58,111 nucleotides of DNA. Origin: Pseudomonadota bacterium (GTDB lineage Bacteria > Bdellovibrionota_C > UBA2361 > OMII01). The stretch lies in NCBI GenBank assembly GCA_038134595.1, contig JAYPVM010000009.1, forward strand, positions 1 through 58,111, given 5' to 3'. Positions 1 through 7,824 of this stretch are shown in pieces. The stretch's first letter is position 1; the number at the start of each line of letters is the position of its first letter. The notes below the pieces were generated by a model, which saw nothing but the letters and a program-made list of their open reading frames with translations, was not told where the DNA came from and ran no database searches. The position numbers and the translations under genes were made by a program.

Positions 1-633
1 ACGCTGCCTCCTGAAAATCTCCTGGAGCTCACTATCGGTCATGCGGCGGGGCCACGGCGTCTTGCCGTACGCACTTGTTCTCAAAAAGTCACAATTGTGC
101 TTAGTCTTATGAGAAGCGGGTTTGGTACGCAACAGGCTCCCAGTGGCGCGCTAATCACCGCGCTGTCTCTTATAATGTCGCTTGTCGTTATGCAGCCGGT
201 CATCGATAAAACCTACCGATTGGTTGATGGTGATGAAATCCACATAAACAACATCACAACTGTTAATGGGTATATTAAGCTCTTAAAGGACGTCTCGGAA
301 CCCTGGCAGCAGTTTTTGGCTGCGCACGCTGGAGAGCGAGAAACAGCCGTGTTTGCAAAATTGGCGAACAGGACAGGCGATATTAATGAGCCCAGCCTGT
401 CTGTCTTGTTAGCAAGCTTTGTCCTCACTGAAATCAAAAAAGCCTTCGTACTTTCTTTCTTCCTTCTCATTCCGTTCTTTATGATCGATATCATTGTGGC
501 GAATCTACTAGTGGCTATGGGCCTCACCATGATGAGCCCTATCATCGTGAGTCTCCCAATTAAGCTTCTTTTGTTTATATCAACGGACGGATGGTTGCTT
601 TTAAGTAAAAACCTAATTCAGGCGTATTTATAG
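1..633 (+). CDS. Type III export gate protein SctR/FliP (5' partial)
   Basis: Frame is open from base 1. Motifs KVTIVLSLMRSGFGTQQAP, SFVLTEIKKAF and DIIVANLLVAMGLTMMSPIIVSLPIKLLLFISTDGW match FliP/SctR. Confidence 0.9.
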   Translation, partial: TLPPENLLELTIGHAAGPRRLAVRTCSQKVTIVLSLMRSGFGTQQAPSGALITALSLIMSLVVMQPVIDKTYRLVDGDEIHINNITTVNGYIKLLKDVSEPWQQFLAAHAGERETAVFAKLANRTGDINEPSLSVLLASFVLTEIKKAFVLSFFLLIPFFMIDIIVANLLVAMGLTMMSPIIVSLPIKLLLFISTDGWLLLSKNLIQAYL

Positions 634-640
634 GAATACA

Positions 641-889
641 ATGACTCCTCTAATCCTCGATTCGCTACTTCTTGTTTTATACATTTCTCTCATCCCGATG
701 ATGAGTATCTCGCTTGGAGCTGGATTGGTTGCTTTTCTTCAAGCAATCACTCAGATACAGGAACAGAGTTTAACGCACCTGGCGAGAGTTGTAGTGATCG
801 CAGCTGTTCTTTATGTCGGTGGAGAGCAGGCATTTGGGCTGCTTAAACAAATCTTCGTCCAAATTTTGAACACGATCGTGACTATGTAG
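641..889 (+). CDS. Type III export gate protein SctS/FliQ
   Basis: 82 aa hydrophobic protein with LQAITQIQEQSL motif, directly after sctR/fliP. Confidence 0.9.
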   Translation: MTPLILDSLLLVLYISLIPMMSISLGAGLVAFLQAITQIQEQSLTHLARVVVIAAVLYVGGEQAFGLLKQIFVQILNTIVTM

Positions 890-896
890 GATAGCT

Positions 897-1634
897 GTGT
901 TGCAGGACAATCTCGCAATCATTGGACTTGTCTCGGCCCGCATTTTTGCTCTGCTTACGGTCCTGCCATTTGACTCCAGCATTAACGTGGGCCGCAGGGT
1001 TTTTTTGGCAATCTGTTTTGCCGTGCCGTTTGTCAGCAAAGACGCTGCGGAAATTGATTTTTCGGCTGGAATACTATGTCGCGAGCTGCTCATTGGTTTC
1101 CTTGTTGGATCTCCCATCCGCATATTGGTCGAGTCAGCTGAGATGTTCGGCGAGTTAATCGATACGGGACGTGGTCAGACGATCGGCTCGGTAATGGATC
1201 CTTTAAATGGGCAGCAAGGATCCGAACTCGCAAAGGTATTTCGAATCGGAGCTTTATGCCTGTTCATGCAAATTGAGGGGCTTGAGCGCCTCATTGAGGC
1301 GGTCGGTGCAAGCGTTACATGGATTCCGATGGCTTCTTCAGCACAGCAAACAGATGGCGCTCGATATCTGTTGCGCAGCGGGGTACATTTCGTTGCTACC
1401 ACGCTATCTCTATCAGCCGCCTGGTTAGCCAGTTTCCTACTCGTCGACACTTTCCTAGCGGCAATCGCTCGGGTCTCTCAAGGGTTTTCTTTCTCTAGCG
1501 TGTCAGTCTGGCTAAAGTCCGTTGTTACGGCGGTACTTCTTATTAATCTAGCTCGGTCCCCAATGGAGGTATACACCGTACTAAACGCTGCCGTAGACAG
1601 AGGAATTGGATTAATAAGCGTTTTAGGACCATAG
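897..1634 (+). CDS. Type III export gate protein SctT/FliR
   Basis: Polytopic membrane protein with ELLIGFLVG, AEMFGELIDTGRG and VMDP motifs; third gene in the R-S-T-U order. Confidence 0.85.
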   Translation: MLQDNLAIIGLVSARIFALLTVLPFDSSINVGRRVFLAICFAVPFVSKDAAEIDFSAGILCRELLIGFLVGSPIRILVESAEMFGELIDTGRGQTIGSVMDPLNGQQGSELAKVFRIGALCLFMQIEGLERLIEAVGASVTWIPMASSAQQTDGARYLLRSGVHFVATTLSLSAAWLASFLLVDTFLAAIARVSQGFSFSSVSVWLKSVVTAVLLINLARSPMEVYTVLNAAVDRGIGLISVLGP

Positions 1635-1638
1635 CCTT

Positions 1639-2400
1639 ATGAGCGACAAGCAGTTTCCTCCCTCTATTCAGAAGTTGAGAAAAGCCAGAAAGCGGGGAAA
1701 TGTCGTTAAAAGTCAGGTTGTTAGCGTTTGTGCTTCTTGGTGGGGACTTATCATACTGATTTCAACATGTCTTTCTTGGGTGAGGGTTGGAACCCTGTTA
1801 CAATGGGCGAGGTATCATAGATGGCAACCCGAGGATGCGCTCCTGGGGGCGTCCATGATTTCGTTGCAGGTGATACTGGTTTGTGTTGCTTCGCTAGCTG
1901 TCTTAGGGATTGGGAGCACGTTGCTTCAGACCAAATGGTTCATGTCGATAGGACAGATAGCTAAGGGACTCGAAAGCCTTAAGCCTGGAAGTTATTGGGG
2001 AAGGGTGCAACAGAGTGCTGTTGGGGTGTTCTTGGGATTGATAAGAGTTATGGTACTCGCTGTCGTTCTCCTCCCTCCTCTAATGTGCTTTTCAACCATT
2101 GTTCCTTCGGGACTTGACGCGAATGGACTAGCGATACTTCAGCAGAGTATCGAACTTCTTGTGTTCCGATGTGGAATCTGTCTAATTGCTTTAGCCGCGT
2201 GTGCCTATGGTTTAGCGCGATGGAGATTTATGCGAAAGAATAGAATGACTCTACAAGAGTTAAAAGATGAGTTTAAGGAAACAGAGGGGGATCCTCATTT
2301 TCGTGCGGCGCAAAAGCAGGAGCACCGAGCTCTATTGTTTTCCGAGATTCGCAAGCGAGTGCGTGCATCATCGGTTGTTGTAGTTAGTAAGATGAGATAA
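1639..2400 (+). CDS. SctU/FlhB N-terminal part (TM domain plus CN linker), ending before NPTH
   Basis: Starts SDKQFPPSIQKLRKARKRGNVVKS, has about four TM segments, and ends MTLQELKDEFKETEGDP...VRASSVVVVSKMR*. Confidence 0.85.
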   Translation: MSDKQFPPSIQKLRKARKRGNVVKSQVVSVCASWWGLIILISTCLSWVRVGTLLQWARYHRWQPEDALLGASMISLQVILVCVASLAVLGIGSTLLQTKWFMSIGQIAKGLESLKPGSYWGRVQQSAVGVFLGLIRVMVLAVVLLPPLMCFSTIVPSGLDANGLAILQQSIELLVFRCGICLIALAACAYGLARWRFMRKNRMTLQELKDEFKETEGDPHFRAAQKQEHRALLFSEIRKRVRASSVVVVSKMR

Positions 2401-2421
2401 TTCGCATCGGTAGAAACTTTA

Positions 2422-5400
2422 ATGAAGAAAGTATTCCAAAAGTTTAGCACTGAAACCTTCCTCGATACGCGAGTCGCTCATAATGGTGATGACTTTGCGC
2501 AGTCGTACTGTGATGCCGTCGCCCAATCATTAGGCGCTGACTTTGTATGGGTAAGCTTTCTTAATAGTGCTGCGTTATCAGAGGATGGAGAGCACTGTGC
2601 ACCATCATTTCTTACAAGAAGAACCGACCTTAAAAATCTCTTCACGCTCAAATTAAATGGATCGCTTTGGTATCACGATGTTGCCCAGGTTCATTCAAAT
2701 ATAGTCGTAAATGACGTCGAACGAGCACGTCTTCCCAAAACTATGACTCATACCCTATTAGGTCTCGGAGTGAAGAGCCTGGGTGTGTTTTTATCCAAGT
2801 CCAAGGGAAAGACTATTGGCTTTACGGTATGTGCTTTCGTAGGACACTTTCACAGATGGAGATCTGATGAGATATCTGAACTGGCAAAGTTCGGTCAGGA
2901 AGCGCCTAACAATTCGCGGACAAGTAAGATAGCCAAGAATGTTGAGTCCGCGGTTCTTGGTGCCAAGCTTTCCGAATACCAGCGTCTGGCTGGGCATGGG
3001 AATATTGTAATGCTCCATACGGACAATCGATTTAGGGTTGTTGATATATTTGGAAACTCGCAGGCTCTGGTCGGCCTTCCGAGGGGGGACTTAATAGGTG
3101 ACGCTGGAGTATGGGACAAGATTGTTGATCGTCGAGATCGAGCTTTACTTCGCCAGCGAATTCGTCAGATGCGAGTTAAAAAAGGAGAGCTTTGCGAAGA
3201 ACTTCGAATCGTTCACGCTAAGACTGGCCGTATCAGATGGCTTCATCTGCGCGCGTTACCTCAATTTTCTTCAGACAACGAATTTCTCGGCTGGGAGGGT
3301 TTTGGGGTTGACGTTACCGAACGGCGCGAGGCCCAACTAGCTACAATCGAGAAGTCGAAGCGGTTAGAGGCCCTAATTGATCTGTCTCATATACTGGTTG
3401 AAAGCCGGGACTCGACTGGGATGCTTTTAACGGGCCTCAAGAAGCTATTGTCAGCTGTTGATGCCGATGGCGGATACGCATGTATCCTGAATGCTCCGAG
3501 CGATGAGCTGGAAATTGTTGCAACTCGCGGGTTTTCTGAAGAGTTTGTTTCTCGGCTACAAGTCGTGTGTAAGGGCGATAGTTTGCTTCGGCAGGCGATA
3601 CGAGATAAACAGGCACTCTTGGTTGAAGATATTCAAAACGACAAGAGAGCAGAAAAGGGAATAGCGAGGCTTGAGGGTTTGCGATCCGTTATCATTTCCC
3701 CCATGGTCATAGGCGGAGAGGTTTTTGGTGCACTCGTTGCTTGCAAGCGAGGGACGGACTTTAAGCAAGATGATTTTGACATGTTTCTCGCAGGTTCAAT
3801 GCAGGTGGGGATTGGACTCAAACAATCGGAGCTAATTGAGCAGCACAGTCGCCAACGTCAGTCAGTAGAAACTCTTTTAGAGGTGACGAAAAACCTGTCG
3901 ACAGCACTCCCGATCACGGAAATGATTCAAGTGCTTTTTCCGATCTTAGAGAGGGAGTTTGCGATTAAAAGCGCATGGATGGGGCTCGTTGAAGAGCAGG
4001 GTGCAGGAGTTCTCGGGCGCGCCGCGGTGGGTAGGTCCTTCAATGGTCGCGAGTCTATTGAGATACGGTTACGGATAAATGGCGAGGTTCCGCCACTTAG
4101 TCGTGCAATAGTTGAGCGGCGACCTGTTTTCTGGAGAAGCTCGAACGGAGCTAAGTTCCACGCTGAGATTATGCAAGAGGCGCGCTGCTTAATCCTTGTT
4201 CCGATGATATCCCTAGGCAAGGTAGTCGGCGTGGTAATCCTCGAACCCTCATCTATCGCAACGCTTCGAAGCAAGGAGCGCATCCGACTCTTAACAAATA
4301 TTACCAACGAGCTCGCTACCGCAATTCTTTTAGGTCGGTATGAAGTTAGGATTGCAGAATCTCACAAAATGAGGATGGCATCGCTTCTATCGGCAGGTGT
4401 TGCCCATAATTTCAACAACCTCTTGCAGGTTATTCTTGGTCAATCCTCCGTGATAGAGATGAATTCAGGACAAAACCCTGCAATCAATGACGCAAATAAA
4501 ACCATTGCTCAGGCAGCCCAAAAGGGAGCTACTCTTGTTGAACAATTGGCAAATATTGCTTCTCAAACCCCTAGTCGAAAGTCTCAATATAACGCTGAAG
4601 AGCTCATAAAAACGCTAGTTAGAGATTCACTTGTGGAGAAATCAGAAACGATTACTGGTTCATACCATTCAACAGTCGCTCCCTCCACAATCCTTCTAGC
4701 GAACGCGCAACAGCTGCAACATGTAGTGAAAAACCTTGTTCAGAATGCACAAGAAGCTTTTACTGCCTTACAGACGGATAGGCGGATTCAAATGTCAGCG
4801 CAGGAGGTCGAGATTAAGGTGGGTCAGCTAGGAGCCGAGCTCGAGGCCGGCAGATATGTTAGGATAGATGTAGCAGATAACGGAACTGGAATGACTCACG
4901 AACAGAGATCGAGGTGTTTTGAACCTTTCTATACAACAAAGAGAGTCGACCCAAACTCGGGAGTTGGTTTGACGGGAGCAGGCCTAGGCCTTGCCACCTC
5001 ATATCAAATTGTAAAAGCCCACGGTGGAATAATGACTATCCGTAGCGGCGCTGGCGCTGGCACCATCAGTAGTATCTATCTTCCTGTGGCACATAAAGAT
5101 GATTCGCCCGTTGAACAAGAGGCGGCGCTGGCCCAAATTGCTGTCGACCAACAGGAGGTTATACTCCTTAATCTTCATCCATCGGTATACGGTTCCATTT
5201 TATCCGCCGTTGAATCGCTGCAGATTCCTTCTCGAGGAACATTTGACGTCTCCCAAGTGCTTGAAATACTGGCGGATCAATCAAAACGTCTGTACCGCGT
5301 GATAATTGATGCTGACGTATACGGCGACAGAACAGATGGGGTTGTTGATACGGTATTAGCCGCTAATCCGAGGGCCCGGGTTCTTATTATTGGAGAGACC

Positions 5401-5508
5401 GTTAAGCCGGAAGCCTATCCAGAAAAGAGAATATTTATTCGCACCAAACCGGTCTCTATGTGGTCATTGAAGGATTTTATTCGCTTAGACAGCAGTTCTA
5501 ATAGTTAA
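2422..5508 (+). CDS. Hybrid sensor histidine kinase (GAF/PAS/GAF/GAF, HisKA, HATPase, degenerate receiver)
   Basis: PAC motif RWLHLRALP...GFGVDVTERR; H-box GVAHNFNNLL; N-box NLVQNAQEA; DNGTGM; FEPFYTTK; GAGLGL; C-terminal IIDAD...TKP. Confidence 0.9.
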   Translation: MKKVFQKFSTETFLDTRVAHNGDDFAQSYCDAVAQSLGADFVWVSFLNSAALSEDGEHCAPSFLTRRTDLKNLFTLKLNGSLWYHDVAQVHSNIVVNDVERARLPKTMTHTLLGLGVKSLGVFLSKSKGKTIGFTVCAFVGHFHRWRSDEISELAKFGQEAPNNSRTSKIAKNVESAVLGAKLSEYQRLAGHGNIVMLHTDNRFRVVDIFGNSQALVGLPRGDLIGDAGVWDKIVDRRDRALLRQRIRQMRVKKGELCEELRIVHAKTGRIRWLHLRALPQFSSDNEFLGWEGFGVDVTERREAQLATIEKSKRLEALIDLSHILVESRDSTGMLLTGLKKLLSAVDADGGYACILNAPSDELEIVATRGFSEEFVSRLQVVCKGDSLLRQAIRDKQALLVEDIQNDKRAEKGIARLEGLRSVIISPMVIGGEVFGALVACKRGTDFKQDDFDMFLAGSMQVGIGLKQSELIEQHSRQRQSVETLLEVTKNLSTALPITEMIQVLFPILEREFAIKSAWMGLVEEQGAGVLGRAAVGRSFNGRESIEIRLRINGEVPPLSRAIVERRPVFWRSSNGAKFHAEIMQEARCLILVPMISLGKVVGVVILEPSSIATLRSKERIRLLTNITNELATAILLGRYEVRIAESHKMRMASLLSAGVAHNFNNLLQVILGQSSVIEMNSGQNPAINDANKTIAQAAQKGATLVEQLANIASQTPSRKSQYNAEELIKTLVRDSLVEKSETITGSYHSTVAPSTILLANAQQLQHVVKNLVQNAQEAFTALQTDRRIQMSAQEVEIKVGQLGAELEAGRYVRIDVADNGTGMTHEQRSRCFEPFYTTKRVDPNSGVGLTGAGLGLATSYQIVKAHGGIMTIRSGAGAGTISSIYLPVAHKDDSPVEQEAALAQIAVDQQEVILLNLHPSVYGSILSAVESLQIPSRGTFDVSQVLEILADQSKRLYRVIIDADVYGDRTDGVVDTVLAANPRARVLIIGETVKPEAYPEKRIFIRTKPVSMWSLKDFIRLDSSSNS

Positions 5509-5626
5509 CGAAACTATTTCTCGAAGCTCTCGATTATAGGGTATGGTACTTCGGCAACCTAGGCTTGGGTGAGGCGGGGTAAATATCTTTAGGAACGGCA
5601 TACTGTGACACATCGGCGGAGGAAAT

Positions 5627-5902
5627 ATGGACATAAGATACTTTAGAGCAGCAGCGCTTTCTTTAGCTGAAGAATCCTCATCTGCGCCTACACTGTCAGC
5701 GGTTGGAGAGCATGAGATTGCAAAGTATATCGTTCAATGCGCCAAGGCTTATGGCGTTCCAGTGATAGAGAAACAGGAGCTTTGTGATGCGGTAAGCGAT
5801 TTAGATCTCGATGAAGCTATACCCGCTGAGCTCTATGAGATAGCGGCGTCCGTATTAATGGAGGTTGGAGCATTAGTTCCTAAGTCCAAGGATACGCCCT
5901 AA
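5627..5902 (+). CDS. Stand-alone FlhB/SctU C-terminal (CC) domain protein, FlhX/YlqH-like
   Basis: AAAL...APTLSAVGEHEIAKYIVQCAKAYGVPVIEKQELCDAV...IPAELYEIAASVL matches the post-cleavage FlhB domain; GGAGG RBS upstream. Confidence 0.85.
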   Translation: MDIRYFRAAALSLAEESSSAPTLSAVGEHEIAKYIVQCAKAYGVPVIEKQELCDAVSDLDLDEAIPAELYEIAASVLMEVGALVPKSKDTP

Positions 5903-6020
5903 CAAGCCTTAAGAACAGGTCTTCTCGGTTGTTAAGTATATAGTCCTTGGTTGATTCTAGGTCGATTGGTAGCGTACACTTCAAACGGCTAATCCCTACA
6001 GATGACAAGAGGGCCTGCGG

Positions 6021-6677
6021 ATGATGATCAATACACAATCGGCTCATACTGCTTTAATTATCGCAAACGCTCCTGGAAACCTGTCTGAAGATGAGCGTCA
6101 GCTTGTTTTGGAAGCAAGCTTTGTTATAGTCGCAGACGGCGCTCTGGAAAAAATCAAAGGATTGTGCGGCAAAGTGCACTGGGTTGGTGATTTTGATTCG
6201 TACGAAGAATCGTCCGAAAACACATTTGAAAGCTTCACTAAGATAGAAAAAGGGGAGCAAAATAGTAACGATCTGGAGAAATGTATTGAATATGCACTAT
6301 CTCAGGGTGCGACTAGCCTAGCCATTATGGGAGCCATCGGAGGCAGGCTAGACCATACCCTAACAACCTTATCCCTGATGGTTAAGTATCACCAAAGGTT
6401 GGAGATCGTGCTCTATCATGAGTTGTCCCGCTCATTCGTTTTTTCTAGTATAGCACACGGCGCTAGGGAGATAGAGATTCCAAATACCGCATCAAATCGA
6501 ATCCTCTCCATCATCCCGTGGGGCATGGACGCAGAGATTTCGCTTAAAAACACAAAATGGTGTTTAACCCGAGAGACTCTCTCAGCTGGTAGCCAAGGGG
6601 TCTCAAACCGCTTTCTCGATGGTCCAGCAATTGTAAGTGTTCATCGTGGAATCGTTATCTGTACAGTCCATGATTGA
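6021..6677 (+). CDS. thiN: Thiamine pyrophosphokinase
   Basis: VADGA, VGDFDS, NDLEKCI, GAIGGRLDHTL and GVSN motifs. Confidence 0.9.
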   Translation: MMINTQSAHTALIIANAPGNLSEDERQLVLEASFVIVADGALEKIKGLCGKVHWVGDFDSYEESSENTFESFTKIEKGEQNSNDLEKCIEYALSQGATSLAIMGAIGGRLDHTLTTLSLMVKYHQRLEIVLYHELSRSFVFSSIAHGAREIEIPNTASNRILSIIPWGMDAEISLKNTKWCLTRETLSAGSQGVSNRFLDGPAIVSVHRGIVICTVHD

Positions 6678-6707
6678 CCGGGTTATCATAGAAGCAGGAG
6701 ACTCTTC

Positions 6708-7064
6708 ATGGTAGATAATTATAGAACGGTCTACTCGACAGACGGACCAACTGAATGCGCTACGTGCCAAAAAAAACTGCACAAATGTGTATGCGCCAGT
6801 GATAAAGAACTTCTTGCTGAAGGGGACGGTACAGTACGCGTCCGCAGGGAGACCAAGCGAAGAGGCGGTAAAGTTGTGACTGTGGTTACTGGCCTAACAA
6901 TGCCTAACGATCAGATACGGGAGCTACTCTCGTATTTTAGGGGGAAACTTGGTTGCGGTGGAACGATCAAAGGATCTACAGTTGAGCTGCAGGGTGACTT
7001 CGCTGAATTCGCCATCAAAGCGCTGCGTGAGCGAGGCATGGCGGTAAAGAGGTCGGGAGGATAG
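6708..7064 (+). CDS. yciH: SUI1/eIF1-family translation factor YciH
   Basis: VRVRRETKRRGGKVVTVV, KLGCGGTIK and ELQGD motifs. Confidence 0.9.
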   Translation: MVDNYRTVYSTDGPTECATCQKKLHKCVCASDKELLAEGDGTVRVRRETKRRGGKVVTVVTGLTMPNDQIRELLSYFRGKLGCGGTIKGSTVELQGDFAEFAIKALRERGMAVKRSGG

Positions 7065-7078
7065 GAGGAAGAGATATC

Positions 7079-7681
7079 GTGAAGATTGAAATTATAATCG
7101 GCAGCCACAGGTTGAATTCTCAATCAGACAAAGTAGGTGAGTGGGTTTCCAGTGCCCTTCAAATGGAGGGTGTTGAGGCTGGACTTATTTCTTTGTCAGG
7201 GAACCCTATTCCGCTGTGGAGCGAGGGAGTCTTTGGGGGTGACGAGAACTGGAAGGCTATCTGGCAGCCGATCTCCTCTCGATTAAAAGCTGCTGATGGG
7301 TTCGTATTCATTACACCCGAATGGGGCGGGATGGTGCCACCAGGACTTAAAAACTTTCTCCTACTATGTTCGCCCAAAGAGGTTGGACATAAACCAGCCC
7401 TTATAGTGTCGATATCAGCCGGGGAGGGCGGGGCATATCCAGTGGCAGAGCTCCGGTCCTTGGGCTATAAGAACAATAGAATCATGTTCATTCCAGAACA
7501 CGTTATTATCCGACATGTCGAGCAATTTACCGGTTTTGAATCTGCTTGTGAAAGTGAGACTAATAATGTAGCAGAAAGACTGACCTACGCTCTGAAAGTA
7601 GTAAAGCTTTATGCCGAAGCGACCCGAGATATTCGGTTCTCGGAGGTAATTGATTTTAAAAAATTCCCCTACGGACAGTAG
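7079..7681 (+). CDS. NADPH-dependent FMN reductase (flavodoxin-like)
   Basis: IIGSHRLNSQS and ADGFVFITPEWGGMVPPGLKNFL motifs. Confidence 0.85.
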   Translation: MKIEIIIGSHRLNSQSDKVGEWVSSALQMEGVEAGLISLSGNPIPLWSEGVFGGDENWKAIWQPISSRLKAADGFVFITPEWGGMVPPGLKNFLLLCSPKEVGHKPALIVSISAGEGGAYPVAELRSLGYKNNRIMFIPEHVIIRHVEQFTGFESACESETNNVAERLTYALKVVKLYAEATRDIRFSEVIDFKKFPYGQ

Positions 7682-7824
7682 GCGCCGCTCCTAAGGGCGC
7701 ACCGCCGGATGTATTCACCGTCATATTTGAATGTCGCATTCTGTGGCATGCATAACGCTCATATTCTCTCTTGGGGCTCAAATCCCCTTGTGATGTAAAA
7801 CGTTTCTGCACCAGAGCCTTTTTT

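Noticed and set aside
1..96. Unusually charged N-terminal segment of SctR/FliP (HAAGPRRLAVRTCSQK) where a TM helix is expected
   Set aside because: It lies at the window edge and a few substitutions would restore a hydrophobic helix; probably low-quality sequence rather than biology.
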